Notes: a model not told the origin generated them from the sequence alone. Counted from the first letter of the stretch, positions 1-14,167 are shown. The stretch is DNA of 64,000 nucleotides from Octopus vulgaris (GCA_951406725.2 OX597829.1:9610001-9674000); one strand, 5' to 3'. A program made the numbers and translations.

Positions 1-312
1 GGATTCAGATTATTCATCTCTGTTCTTCCTTGATGCACGTTACCAGCAGACCAATGGTCATGTTTACTCTGTAACAAAAGAAAGAGAACAGGGGCGATCA
101 AAGTCAAATCTCGGTTACGTAATCATAAGAATACAGGGGTACCACTTCCACCAATTCTAGCTCGAGTCCACTGAACGAAGTGTAGGTAATGTAAAAGGAG
201 TTTTGGTGAGAGTGCGGATAATCTTTGAAGTCCTCAAGTATCTATATACATATATACAAACATATATATACGTATATATGTATGTATATATATATATGTA
301 TGTATATATATG

Positions 313-343
<31 letters not shown>

Positions 344-594
344 GTATACACACACGCACACACAAACACACACACACGCACACACAAACACACACACACG
401 CACACACGCATATATATATGTGTGTGTATATATGTATATAGATGTATGTATATATATATGTATATATAAATATATATACATATACATACAAATATATATG
501 CATATGTATATATACACACACATATATATGCGTGTGTGTGCATGTGTATGCGCGTGTGTGTATGCGTGTGTGTACATATATATATATATGTGTG

Positions 595-641
<47 letters not shown>

Positions 642-1606
642 CCTTACTTGGAGAAAAGAAATATAGATGTAGGTATGTACATATATGTATGTATATATGC
701 ATATGTTTTATTTATTAAATTGTTATTATATATATATATGTATATGTATACATTACGTATTGCGAATAAGTTTTCTTCTATTATCGATTGGTTTCTCTTC
801 GACATTGGGTAGCACTAAGCTTCAACGAGGCATGTGATCAGCTTTTGGTAGAAGGAACCAAGGTGAATTCCATCATATGGTCTGTGTCGGTATTTCAGGA
901 GGGCCGCACTTGGCACATACTAGATCATGTCCCACAAGTGTGTATCCTTGCAAAGCAGATAAACTTACGAATGGAACACTCGATCATTTACAAGTTTATA
1001 CAATGTTATAGTAAGCACATTTCATCGAACAACTGGAATAGTCATCGTCGCAAGTGACGGAAATACATTTACCTATTTACTTATATGTTTCTATTCATAT
1101 AAGTCTAAAAATAATATTTATTTATGTCCGCATCCTGCTATATATTTATATATAAATCTAAATGTTTATCTAACTACATATAACTATATACATATGCATT
1201 GGAAGCGTGTATGTATTTTTCTCCTTATGTATAAAAGCATGTGAGTGTGTGACTATACACACACTCATATATATATATACACATACATATATATATATAA
1301 GTATACATATGTATATTTATGCGGGTGTACATATATATATATGTATGTATGTATATATATATATAAACATATGTATGTATATATATATATATATACATAC
1401 ATATATATGATATACATATATATATATACATACATGAAAATACATATATATTGGTCTATGAGTGGTGTATGTGTATATCTTTGTGTGTAGATAGATAGAG
1501 AGGGGAGAGAGAGAGAGAGAGGAAGAGAGAAAAAAATATATATATGGACAGATAAATAAGAAAGTGTGTGTGTGTGTGAAAGAGTCAGACAGAGAGATAG
1601 ACTGAC

Positions 1607-1687
<81 letters not shown>

Positions 1688-1818
1688 TGCAGCCGAGGAA
1701 TGGATTTTGTTATGTTACCGTTTTTGCCAATATATATATATTTATATATGTATGTAAGTATATATGTACGTGTGTGCATATATATATGTATGTATATATA
1801 TACATATATATATATATA

Positions 1819-1857
<39 letters not shown>

Positions 1858-1874
1858 GTAAATATATGCATATA

Positions 1875-1918
<44 letters not shown>

Positions 1919-2076
1919 GATATAGATATACATTCATACATACACACATACGTACGTACTTACATACATACATGCTTACATTCGTAGGAAGAGACAGACA
2001 CATCCTTTTTGATTGATGCAAAAGTAACACCAGGTCTGTACGTTCCTGTACATCTTCGACGGAGTATGTACATACA

Positions 2077-2132
<56 letters not shown>

Positions 2133-2179
2133 TACATATACCTATATATATATATACATATATGTATAAATACATATAT

Positions 2180-2263
<84 letters not shown>

Positions 2264-2266
<3 letters not shown>

Positions 2267-2633
2267 AGTAGGTGAATGAATTATCCTACTATGGATAATT
2301 CGGTTAATCGATACCTGGGTAGCAAATTCACGTCAGAAAACACGGTTGAAGCTACATGCCAAGGGCAGAAACCCCGTGTTCTTGTGTGGAAATTTGTGTA
2401 TTTTTTTTAATATGAATAAATGAAAGAATGGAGTCGAACGAAGATTTTAATAAAATTCCTTTACTCTCAACACATGTTTCGAAGACTGCATACTCTTAAT
2501 TCGGAAGGAATAAAGGGTGCATTATGCCGTCTTCTCATCAGGAAAGACAAGGAACCTCTATAAACCTCAAGACGAACAAAAACTTTTTGATGACTACCTA
2601 CATGGTGTCCACAGTGATAATCTGTTAACATCT

Positions 2634-2640
<7 letters not shown>
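2264..2640 (-). mobile_element. (TA)n-flanked hammerhead-bearing element (Penelope-like terminal repeat or retrozyme-like remnant)
   Basis: About 375 bp unique island bounded on both sides by pure (TA)n. It contains the 2464-2546 hammerhead and a 9-bp hairpin GAATTATCC/GGATAATTC at 2278-2301. Confidence 0.55.
2464..2546 (-). ncRNA. Type I hammerhead ribozyme motif, intact core
   Basis: Minus strand reads CTTTC-CTGATGA-GAAGACgGCATA-(30 nt)-TATGCaGTCTTC-GAAA-CA-TG-TG-T-T-GAGAG. Helix I is CUUUC/GAGAG (one G.U), the core is CUGAUGA, helix II has 11 bp with one mismatch, then GAAA and helix III ACA/UGU. Predicted cleavage triplet GUU, cut between 2469 and 2468. Confidence 0.8.
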
Positions 2641-2679
<39 letters not shown>

Positions 2680-2749
2680 CACATATGTATGTATATATGT
2701 ATATATATGTATAGTTATTTGTGTATATATATATATACATATATATACA

Positions 2750-2936
2750 GCAGGAGTGGCTGTGTGGTAAGTAGCTTGCTAACCAACCACATGGTTCCGG
2801 GTTCAGTCCCACTGCGTGGCATCTTGGGCAAGTGTCTTCTACTATAGCCCCGGGCCGACTAATGCCTCGTGAGTGGATTTGGTAGACAGAAACTGAAAGA
2901 AGCCTGTCGTATATATGTATATATATATATATATGT

Positions 2937-2977
<41 letters not shown>

Positions 2978-3170
2978 TCCACCTAGCATTGCTTGACAAC
3001 CGATGCTGGTGTATTTACGACCCCGTCACTTAGCGGTTCGTTAAAACAGACCGATAGTATAAGTACTGGGCTTACAAAGAATAAGTCCCAGGGTCGATTT
3101 GCTCGACTAAAGGCGGTGCTCTAGCATGGCCGCACTCAAATGACTGAAATAAGTAAAAGAGTAAAAGAGT
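2750..3170 (+). mobile_element. tRNA-headed SINE family A, full length
   Basis: A-box-like TGGCTGTGTGG, B-box-like GGTTCAGTCCC, CTTGGGCAAGTG motif, internal TA/TG tract, 3' half ending in (GTAAAAGA)2. Clearly similar copies at 13638, 14395, 22514 and others. Confidence 0.9.
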
Positions 3171-3647
3171 ATATCCTACAATTTACGTATGTATATATAT
3201 ATATAAGTTTGTATGTATTTATTTATGTATGTATGCATGTGTGTATGTATAAGTAAATATCAAACAATGAGATTAACTAACACACACACACACAAACACA
3301 CACACATACACACACACACACACACATGTATCTATATATATAGAGAGAGAGAGAAGGAAAGAGCTAGCTAGATAGATAGATACATACCTACATACATACA
3401 TACATACATACATACATACATACATAGATGGCTAGATACGTGGATACACACACACACACACACACACATAGAAATGCGTGCGTGCTTGTCTGTTTTCATG
3501 TTAATAAATACAAATGCATGAAAGCCTGGAATGATTCTACTTGTGTGTGAGTGATGCAATACTGAGAAATTCATACACATGCCTATGTATATATGGATAT
3601 ATGCGCATAAGTATAGACTACAGGCATATGTATATGTATATAAATAA

Positions 3648-3692
<45 letters not shown>

Positions 3693-3974
3693 ATAAATAT
3701 ATTTATTTATAGATACACATATATAACCATATATGTATATATCTAATTTTTGCCTGTGTGTGTGTAGATCAATAGCATGAAGCAAGGATGCCACATTTTC
3801 CAACGTATTCCGGGATTAAAATTTGGAATACAATCAGTGACATATTTCAAATTTATCATATATTTTATATTCATGAATGTTTGAATATCATAAGTGTGTG
3901 TGTGTGTCTATGCGTGTATGTATGCATACATACATATATGGGTATGTGTGTGTGTGTGTGTGTGTGTGTGTTTC

Positions 3975-4022
<48 letters not shown>

Positions 4023-4342
4023 TCTATGTTAGTGTGCACGAGTGTGTGCGTGTGTGTGTGTGTGTTTATATGCATACATATAAGTGTATTGGCATGTACT
4101 TTTCTTCATTAATAAATCATGCGATCCTCTCACCCGATTATACATCGAGTGTGTGTATACATTTTTTAATATACTTCTGCATACTTGTATACGAATAAAC
4201 GTTACGCATTTACGCATATATATATATATATATGTGTGTATGTGTGTATATATATATATGTATATATGTATAAATATATGCAAGATAGATAGATAGATAG
4301 ATAGACAGATAGATAGATACATAGGTAGATAGATTCGGTGGT

Positions 4343-4377
<35 letters not shown>

Positions 4378-4585
4378 TATATAGATAGATATATATATAT
4401 ATACATATACACATACACACACACATATATGTATACGAGTGTATATATATATATATGTGTGTGTATATATATATAAATACATATATATAAATATATCTTC
4501 TCTCTCCAAATATATATATATATATATATATACATATATATTTGGAGAGAGAAGAGGAGGGAGAGAATGAGAAAGAGTGAAACGT

Positions 4586-4631
<46 letters not shown>

Positions 4632-4717
4632 GTAGATACATATGTAGATATATATATATATATGTGTATATATATACATATGTATATATATATATATTTA
4701 TATATATATATATATAT

Positions 4718-4773
<56 letters not shown>

Positions 4774-4774
4774 G

Positions 4775-4827
<53 letters not shown>

Positions 4828-4829
<2 letters not shown>

Positions 4830-4940
4830 TGGTTCTTGACTGATGACTGAGGGCTTCGAATGTCCCGTCCTGTCGTTCTTGTGTCGTCTCCTTGGTGTTT
4901 CACGTTCTTGTCCCAGTTTGTATTTATTTTTTACTGTTTA
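4828..4940 (+). mobile_element. (TA)n-embedded tail fragment of a dispersed family
   Basis: Shares TCGTCT..GTT..CGTTCTTGTC..TTGTATTT with the reverse complements of 8872-8925 and 52985-53056. Flanked by (TA)n. Confidence 0.55.
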
Positions 4941-5236
4941 CATATATATATATATATATATACATATATATATACATATACATATATGTATATATATATA
5001 CATATAGATAGATAGATAGATATTCTTATATATACATATGGAGTATGAATAGCAAAGTCATATACGAAAGGTACAGTCAAAATGAGAGATTTTGTACAGA
5101 TACGTACATATGTGTGTGTGTGTGCGTGTGTATGTGTATGTATATGTGCATGCGTTTGTGTGTGTTTGCGTTTAGATAGTATCGTTTTTCGCACGAATAT
5201 TTCACAGGTGTGTGTGTATGTATGCGTGTACGTATG

Positions 5237-5309
<73 letters not shown>

Positions 5310-5552
5310 GTGTGTGAATATATATACACAAATATACATGCACATTAATATATATACATATGTATATATGTATGTATATACATGAATATGGATGTATTTG
5401 TATATACATGTATGTATATATATATATACATATATATACATATATATATAAATATATATACATATATATATGAAATATATATAATTAGAAGATATGTATT
5501 TATTCATATATAGATGTGTGTCTTTGTGTGTGCATATATATAAATATATACA

Positions 5553-5587
<35 letters not shown>

Positions 5588-5758
5588 GCACATTAATACA
5601 TATACATATATGTATATGTGGATGTATGTATATAAATATAAATGTATATGTATATGAATATACTTATTTATTATATATACATACATGTAAAGATAAGTAA
5701 GTGTATGGGTGCATGTGTTCCCGATACCAGTATACACATGCTAACGAGGTGGTTCCTA

Positions 5759-5805
5759 AATGTTTACCAATTTCGTGGAATTACCTTCCACTTATGTCAC
5801 ACATT
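5759..5805 (-). ncRNA. Decayed hammerhead-like motif
   Basis: Minus strand reads AATGT-GTGACATAA-GTGGAA-GGTAA-TTCCAC-GAAA-TTGG-T-A-AACATT. A perfect 6-bp helix II is followed directly by GAAA and helix I remnants are present, but the CUGANGA box is broken. Confidence 0.4.
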
Positions 5806-6138
5806 AAAAATCTTTCAACTTGGAGAAGTATCCAACGCTTTGGATATTCCGGATTGCTTATATTGCTATAAAATTAACAGAAAAACATAATTAAAGTGTC
5901 TAAAGAAACGAGCTGATGGCCACGGCTGGACTTTTCTCTTTATCGTTTCTTTGAGTATATATATTTTGTCGGGATTGTCATGTTGACGAAAATGACATGA
6001 ACACAACCTTTCATATATATATACATCCACCTATGCATGTATGCATAGGTATATATTATTTGTATGAGTGGTGGGTGTTCTTTGGTAAGTGTGTACATTT
6101 TAGAATATAAATATGTATTTATATGTATATACATACAA

Positions 6139-6256
<118 letters not shown>

Positions 6257-6373
6257 CTTGCTAGCTAGCTAGCTAGATAGATAGATAGAGATATAGATAT
6301 ACATACACACACATGTATATATATATATATTTGTATCTGTAAGTCTTTTGTGTGTATGTATAAGTTTGTATAA

Positions 6374-6416
<43 letters not shown>

Positions 6417-6475
6417 TATATACGTATATACATATATATATATACATACATACATATATATATATACATACATAT

Positions 6476-6520
<45 letters not shown>

Positions 6521-6535
6521 CATATATACATATAT

Positions 6536-6568
<33 letters not shown>

Positions 6569-6613
6569 CATACATATATATATATATACATATATATACA
6601 TACACATATATAC

Positions 6614-6730
<117 letters not shown>

Positions 6731-8673
6731 GTGAGAGAAAAATACATAGATAGACAGGGAGAGAGAGAGAGATAAAGATAGAGAGAAATGTGGGGGGAGA
6801 GGAAGAGAACATAGTCATCCATATTTAAATGGTTTATACTGAAAGGAGAAGAGAAAAAAGTTTTAAATATATGCTTGGGTATCAAACTATACACATAAAT
6901 TTGTGGATGTGTATCTATATACATGAGTGTATCTCTATGTATGTAAGTGTGTGTGAGTGTGTGTATATATATATATACGCATAAGTATGCATATGTTTGT
7001 ATATACATATGTATATATATGTGTGTGTATATGTGTGTATATATATGTATGTATTTACGTATGTATGTAGATAAACATACATATATGTATATATATATAT
7101 ATATATACATATATATGCATATATTTATATACATATATACATATATGTGTATATAATATATATATATTTATCTACACAAACACACATACAGACGTACACA
7201 CGCGCTCACGCGCAATGGAATGCATATCTGTATGCGGGGCATGTGTAAGTATGCCTCAGTGTCTGTATGTGTGTACGCGTGTGATTATGCATGATTTAAT
7301 GACATACGCACAAGAATCTTTGGCAGAATATAGGATTCAATACTTTGGCAGAAGCATGCTGTTTATCGTTTATTGTTGACAGTGAATTTCTCGGCGGTGG
7401 TCCTTTCAAACTGTTTGGCTGTTGGAATTTGGTCACGACAGGCGACACTTCGAAGTCGCAATCAATAAATTATGAAGTGATACGCACCCGTACACACTCA
7501 TGCACACCCGTACGCACACTCACTCACAAGCACATGCACAGATACAGAAAAATACACACATACACATACATATACATACACATATACGCACATGCATACA
7601 TACATTTATACTCATATACGTAAACACGCTTGCATACATACATACATACATACATACATGCATGCATACATACATACATACATACATACATACATACATA
7701 CATACATACATACATACATACATACATAAAGATGCACATGTATAAACATAGATATACATAGATATATAGATCGATACGTACATACATGCATAGATGCATA
7801 TACATGCATTCATTCGTATATACATATATACATACATATATAAATGCATGCATACGTGCGTACTTATATCCATACATATATACAAACATACATACATATA
7901 TACACATGTACATGCATACAAACATGGAGACATGTATACTTGCATATAGACATACAATTATGTATACACACATACACATATATAAATGCACAAATACATA
8001 CATGCGTACATTCGTACATACATATAAATATCATATACATACATGCATATAAGAAACGACAGACAGAAGGAAAGAAAGGAGGAGGGCGTCGGAGGAGGAG
8101 GGGAATTAAATGATTGTATAATTAAACAGATAAACATTTGGATTGGTCGGTTCCTGGGATTTCAATCTCATATATCTGTCACAGAGTTAATAGCGACACC
8201 CACATTGAAATGTGTGTGCGCGCGCGTGTGTGCGTGCGTCTGCGTGTGTGTGTGTGTGCGTGTGTGTGTGTGTGCTGAGTGTGAAATATGTGTGTGTGTA
8301 AGATGTAAAGCAGTTGAAAATAGTTTTCTTCGTAAGATATAAGAGTCACTAAGGAGAAGAGGAAGGGAAGGATGGGGGAAGAGGACAGACATTTCGATAA
8401 CACAAGCACACACACAGCTATACACACACACACAAACACACACATGTATGCGCGTATGTATATATATATATATATACATGTATGATTATATATATATATA
8501 TATATATATGAATATATATATACATACATATATTTACGGATGTGTGTATACATATGCACATATACACCCACTGAGTGTGGAGAAGAATACTTAGTTGTGT
8601 GAATGTATGCGTATATACATATATATCAACATTGTATACACCCACACAGATATATATACATACTTACATACAC

Positions 8674-8706
<33 letters not shown>

Positions 8707-8710
<4 letters not shown>

Positions 8711-8848
8711 GGGCTTCCTGAAGATTTCTCTTGAATGAAACAGTACTAGTCCTGTAGAAGCTCCTTCTATATAATAAATAAATTTTACTCTGCTATGTAT
8801 TGAGTACCTTACTTACTGTGGTTAACCCCGAATCAACCCGGGACCTAC
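8707..8848 (+). mobile_element. (TA)n-flanked hammerhead element
   Basis: 142-bp island between (TA)n tracts. Its AATAAA..TTACTCT.CT..GTATTGAGTAC segment recurs in the reverse complement of 54145-54187. Confidence 0.6.
8711..8763 (+). ncRNA. Type I hammerhead ribozyme motif, near-intact
   Basis: GGGCTTC-CTGAAGA-tTTC-TCTT-GAAt-GAAA-CAG-TACTAGTC-CTG-T-A-GAAGCTC. 7-bp helix I, CUGAAGA core, weak helix II with a U-U first pair, near-palindromic helix III ACAGtACTAGTcCTGT, GUA site (cut after 8756), AATAAA about 10 nt downstream. Confidence 0.75.
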
Positions 8849-8871
8849 ATATATATATATATATATATATT

Positions 8872-8922
8872 AAGGTATGTAGAAAAATACAACATGGACA
8901 AGAACGTATAACTCTTAGAAGA

Positions 8923-8925
<3 letters not shown>
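8872..8925 (-). mobile_element. (TA)n-embedded tail fragment, same family as 4828-4940
   Basis: Reverse complement reads TCGTCTTCTAAGAGTTATACGTTCTTGTCCATGTTGTATTTTT. Confidence 0.5.
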
Positions 8926-8975
<50 letters not shown>

Positions 8976-9246
8976 TATGAGTGTATATATATATATGCAT
9001 ATAAATATAGGCCTGGTAGGACAAACAGTAGAAATACAATCCAAGGCATGGCTATTGCCGACTAAAAGGGAACGATATGTATATATATATGTGTGTGTGT
9101 GTGTGTATGTGTATGAATATATTTATATGTGTATATATATATATATATATACATATATATATGTACGTATATATATGTAGATATAGTTATATATATATGT
9201 GTGTGTGTATGCATATATATACACATATATATATATACATACATAT

Positions 9247-9284
<38 letters not shown>

Positions 9285-9335
9285 TTATATATATATACAT
9301 ATATACATATATATATATATGTATATATATATATA

Positions 9336-9418
9336 CGTCAGGCTTCTTTCAGTTTTCGTCTTCCAAATCAACTCATGAAAATTTGGGAAACAACTGCTTA
9401 CCACACAGCCACACCTGC
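9336..9418 (-). mobile_element. SINE family A 5' part, internally deleted
   Basis: GCTTACCACACAGCCACACCTGC is the reverse complement of the SINE head; GGCTTCTTTCAGTTTTCGTC is the reverse complement of the end of the left half. Confidence 0.8.
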
Positions 9419-9424
9419 ATCTAC

Positions 9425-9495
<71 letters not shown>

Positions 9496-9496
9496 A

Positions 9497-9630
9497 AAGC
9501 TTGCTCCCCAACCACATGGTTCCGGGTTTAGTCCCACTGCGTGGCACCTTGGGCAAGTGTCTTCTGCTATAGCCCTGGGCCGAGCCAAAGCTTGTGAGTG
9601 GATTTGGTAGACGGAAACTGAAAAAAGCCC
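9497..9630 (+). mobile_element. SINE family A left half
   Basis: CCACATGGTTCCGGGTTTAGTCCCACTGCGTGGCACCTTGGGCAAGTG...GGTAGACGGAAACTG matches the 2750 copy. Confidence 0.9.
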
Positions 9631-9704
9631 TATGTATATGTATATAAGTATTATTTATATATATATATATTACTTAAAAAATAATGGTCTTGCTCGATTC
9701 TTTA

Positions 9705-9743
<39 letters not shown>

Positions 9744-9770
9744 CTATTGATCTATCTATCTATCTATCTA

Positions 9771-9812
<42 letters not shown>

Positions 9813-10195
9813 AATATATATATATGTATGTGTGTGTGTGTGTGTGTGTATGGATGAATGTGTTTGCGTGCGTGCGTGTGTGTTTATGTAAGTATGTTTT
9901 GCATGTGTGAGTATAGATTCGTTGGCAGAAACGCCTGTCGTATCTTGGATGGAAAAATGCGGTTGTGCCACTGAATGTGTCGAGCTTGTGAAGATGTCTT
10001 GGAGGAGATGTCGATGTTTTGCTGTTTTATGCTTCACCATTCAAACTGTAGACAGGTGTAGAACTTGCTTTACTCTCCAACTGTTCATTGAGAATAAGAA
10101 ATCTGAGTGATCTTCCTTCTCTCTTTTTCTTACTTATGTTTGTATGTCTGCGCGCGCGTGTGTGTGTGTGTATACATGTGCTCATATACGCATGC

Positions 10196-10259
<64 letters not shown>

Positions 10260-10402
10260 ATGCGTATATATATACGCATGCACAGATATGTAAACATATA
10301 CATTTCGATAGATAGAAAGACAGACAGACACAAAGACGGCAGACAGACGGACACACAGACAGACACGCAAACAGACAGACAAGCTGATAGGCAGATATAT
10401 AA

Positions 10403-10403
<1 letters not shown>

Positions 10404-10453
<50 letters not shown>

Positions 10454-10454
10454 T

Positions 10455-10513
<59 letters not shown>

Positions 10514-10514
10514 T

Positions 10515-10551
<37 letters not shown>

Positions 10552-10560
10552 CAGATAGAC

Positions 10561-10648
<88 letters not shown>

Positions 10649-10650
10649 GG
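10404..10650. repeat. (GATA)n microsatellite
   Basis: Direct reading. Confidence 0.95.
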
Positions 10651-10901
10651 ATAGATAAAGTGTGTCTCAACTATGCATGCATACCAACTGAAATTACTTA
10701 TGGCAAAATAAATTTTAAAAAACTGGAAAGAGAAAAAAAAACTTGGAAAGGATTTTAAAAAATTCTGATACAAGTGGTTACGAAAGAGGACGAGAGATTG
10801 CGGCAAGGAAAAGAAAATGTGGAGACAAGATGTGAGAGATGCAGTGAGTGAGTGAAGCATACACACACACACAGAGTGGGATGAAGAAATTGAGAGAGAC
10901 A

Positions 10902-10975
<74 letters not shown>

Positions 10976-11410
10976 AAACAGACTGACAAGAGCTGGCAGA
11001 GAGAGTTTGGGGCACAGATTGACGTGGAAGACGGGTGGAGGGTATAAATGATAACTATTGCTAGTTAAAGAGACAAACATTGTTATATGCACACACACAC
11101 ACACTTATATATATATATATATATATACAATTATATAAACATTTAACAGGCTATTTACTTTCTGTCATAAGATCTTATACACTCGTACAATGGTTAGGAG
11201 TATATACGTATATACATTCATAAAAAGTTTAAATGTACATGCATTCCTACATACGGCATATACGCACGGAAACGCGCATTTATGTATATTTGAATGTGTG
11301 TGTGTGTGTGCGTGCGTGCGCCTATGTAGACACACAACACATACACACACACACACACAACACACACACAATGCACACAGGCATGAGCGCTTAGATGTAG
11401 ATATATCTGT

Positions 11411-11791
11411 TATCTTTATCTTTACTTGTTTCACCCATCAGACTGCGACCATCCTGGGGCACCGCCTTGAAGAATTTTAAGTTGAAGGAATCGACACTAA
11501 GACTTATTTGCACTTATTTTGTCGAACTGACGTTATGAGGACGTAGACACCCCAACACCGGTTCTCAAGAGATGGTGGAGGATAAACACAGACATAAGCA
11601 CACAGACAAATAAATATATTGATATAAATATACGAAGGGCTTCTCTCAGTTTCCGTCAACTAAATCTAGTCACAAGCCTTTGGTGGACTTGAGGCTATAG
11701 TTGAACACACTTGCCTAAGGTGCCACGCAGAGGGACTGAACACGGAGCCGTTTCGTTCGGAAGCAAGCTTCTTACCACAGAGCCGCGTCCG
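11411..11791 (-). mobile_element. SINE family A, diverged full length
   Basis: Reverse-complement matches to head (AAGCAAGCTTCTTACCACAGAGCC), core (CACTTGCCTAAGGTGCCACGCAG) and tail (TTTACTTGTTTCA..GACTGCGACCATCCTGGGGCACCGCC). Confidence 0.85.
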
Positions 11792-12016
11792 TTCACAGAG
11801 AAGCACCATTGTTATAATTATATACATACATTTATAATTACATAGTTATTCGCATATATTTAAGTGAACGCCATGTGTGTATATATATATATATATTGTA
11901 TACATATTATATATATGTGTATCTGTACGCGGATGTGTGTGCATATAAATATGAATATATAAAACTATATATATATATAAAACGTGTGTGCGCGAGAGTC
12001 TCTGTGTATATCAGTG

Positions 12017-12086
<70 letters not shown>

Positions 12087-12094
12087 GTAACAGG

Positions 12095-12318
12095 TAGTAC
12101 TTATGTTAACACTTTTATCGTATCGCTTTGCTATGGGGATATAAACAAGCCATCACCGGTTGTCAAGCGATGGTGGCGGATACGAAACAACCCGACACGT
12201 ATACACACACACACACACATATATGTATATATATGTGTGTATATATATGTATAAATATATATATATATATATACACACATGTAAATATATGCATATATAT
12301 ATATATATATGTATATGT

Positions 12319-12351
<33 letters not shown>

Positions 12352-12363
12352 CATGTAAATATA

Positions 12364-12433
<70 letters not shown>

Positions 12434-12568
12434 CGCTCACAAACCTTCTGTCGGGCCGGGTCCATAGCAGAGGGCACTTGCCCTCAGCATAGAGCTTTAT
12501 AGCACTGAACCGGGAGCCATGTGGTCGAAAAGCAAGCGCCTCATCGCATACACATCTCTACACGCCTA
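12095..12568 (-). mobile_element. SINE family A, diverged, split by an expanded (TA)n
   Basis: CACCGGTTGTCAAGCGATGGTGG (right half) and CACTTGCCC..CTGAACCGGGAGCCATGTGGT (left half). Confidence 0.7.
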
Positions 12569-12591
12569 TATAATTTCGTGTATGCACATGT

Positions 12592-12630
<39 letters not shown>

Positions 12631-12668
12631 CATACATATTTATATATATATATATATACATACATACA

Positions 12669-12713
<45 letters not shown>

Positions 12714-12825
12714 GTATATACATATTTACATATGTAAACAGGTATATACACATACACACGCACACACTCACACATATTCACACACACACGCATATATATA
12801 TATAGATGGTTATATATATACAATA

Positions 12826-12901
<76 letters not shown>

Positions 12902-12910
12902 GTATATGGT

Positions 12911-12947
<37 letters not shown>

Positions 12948-13592
12948 CACACACACGAACTCACACACACACACACACACACAAATACACGCACAAATAT
13001 ATATGGGTGTGTTGCTATTAGCAGGAGAGATGGATTTACATGTTTACCAATATTCACCCGAAGTAACAGAGGGACTCAAGCTCGCAGAGTTTCGTGCGTT
13101 GGCACTGACCAAAATAAGAATACATATATTTTATATAAGTATATGTGTGTGTGCGCGCGCGCGCGTATGTGTGTGTATATGTGTATGTGCGTGTGTATTT
13201 ACACATATATATATTTGCAGAACTATGATTTTACACTCTCCCACCTTTGTCACTCTCTCTCCCTCTCTCTGTCCACACACACATACACTCACACAGACAC
13301 ACACACACATATATATACCCCGCCCATAAATGCCAGCTCCGTTTTGTGGTAACTGCTGTACATCATCCGTTCATACATGCATGCAGGCAATAACCATCAA
13401 ACGATATATATACACACACACACACTCACCCTACACCTTTTTCTCTCAGTTCCTACAGATACACAATCAGACATACATACATACTTACATAAATACATTG
13501 GTGCATAGAAACACACGTTTCACAGTGACATACATACAAGAGACATTTGGACAAACATAATCTTATGTGGACGTGTGCTTCTCAATATATAT

Positions 13593-13637
<45 letters not shown>

Positions 13638-13773
13638 GGTGTGTGGTAAGAAGCTTGCTTCTCAACCACATAGTTCTGGGTTCACTCCCACCTTGTATAA
13701 CTGTCTTTTGCTCGGGCCTACAAAAGCCTTCTGAATGGATTTGATACACGGATATTGAAAGGTGCCTGTCATG

Positions 13774-13804
<31 letters not shown>

Positions 13805-13820
13805 ATATTGATTTTGATTT

Positions 13821-13907
<87 letters not shown>

Positions 13908-14167
13908 TGTGTGTATACATATACATATATATTTATGCGTGTGCGTCGGTCTGTGTTTCTCCCGCTATTCTCTCTTGATAGCCGATGCTGGTGTGTTTAT
14001 GTCCCCCATAATTTAATGTTTCGGCAAAAGATCCGATTGAATAAGTATTAAGCTTACAACGAATAAATCCTGGTGTCGATTTCTTTGAGTGTGGCCCTAT
14101 AAGTCAGTGCTCCTGCATGGCCGCAGTGAAATGACAGAAACAAGTGAAATAAATGGAAAACAAGAAT
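13638..14167 (+). mobile_element. SINE family A with long internal microsatellite
   Basis: Head GTGTGGTAAGAAGCTTGC; right half CCGATGCTGGTGTGTTTATGTCCCC...GCATGGCCGCAGTGAAATGACAGAAACAAG. Confidence 0.85.

Noticed and set aside
788-1057. 89-aa plus ORF and a minus-strand peptide GYTLVGHDLVCAKCGPPE (vaguely Sushi- or LIM-like)
   Set aside because: Too short, no complete domain pattern and no convincing splice pair; needs BLASTX.
2048-2080. TCGACGGA-GTATG-TA-CATAC-AAAC as a hammerhead relic
   Set aside because: Both boxes deviate and the stem is made of simple-repeat-like sequence.
2750-2815. tRNA genes at SINE heads
   Set aside because: They cannot form full cloverleaves and continue into SINE bodies.
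9907-10110. Unique island with open frames on both strands
   Set aside because: No recognisable domain or consistent splice signals.
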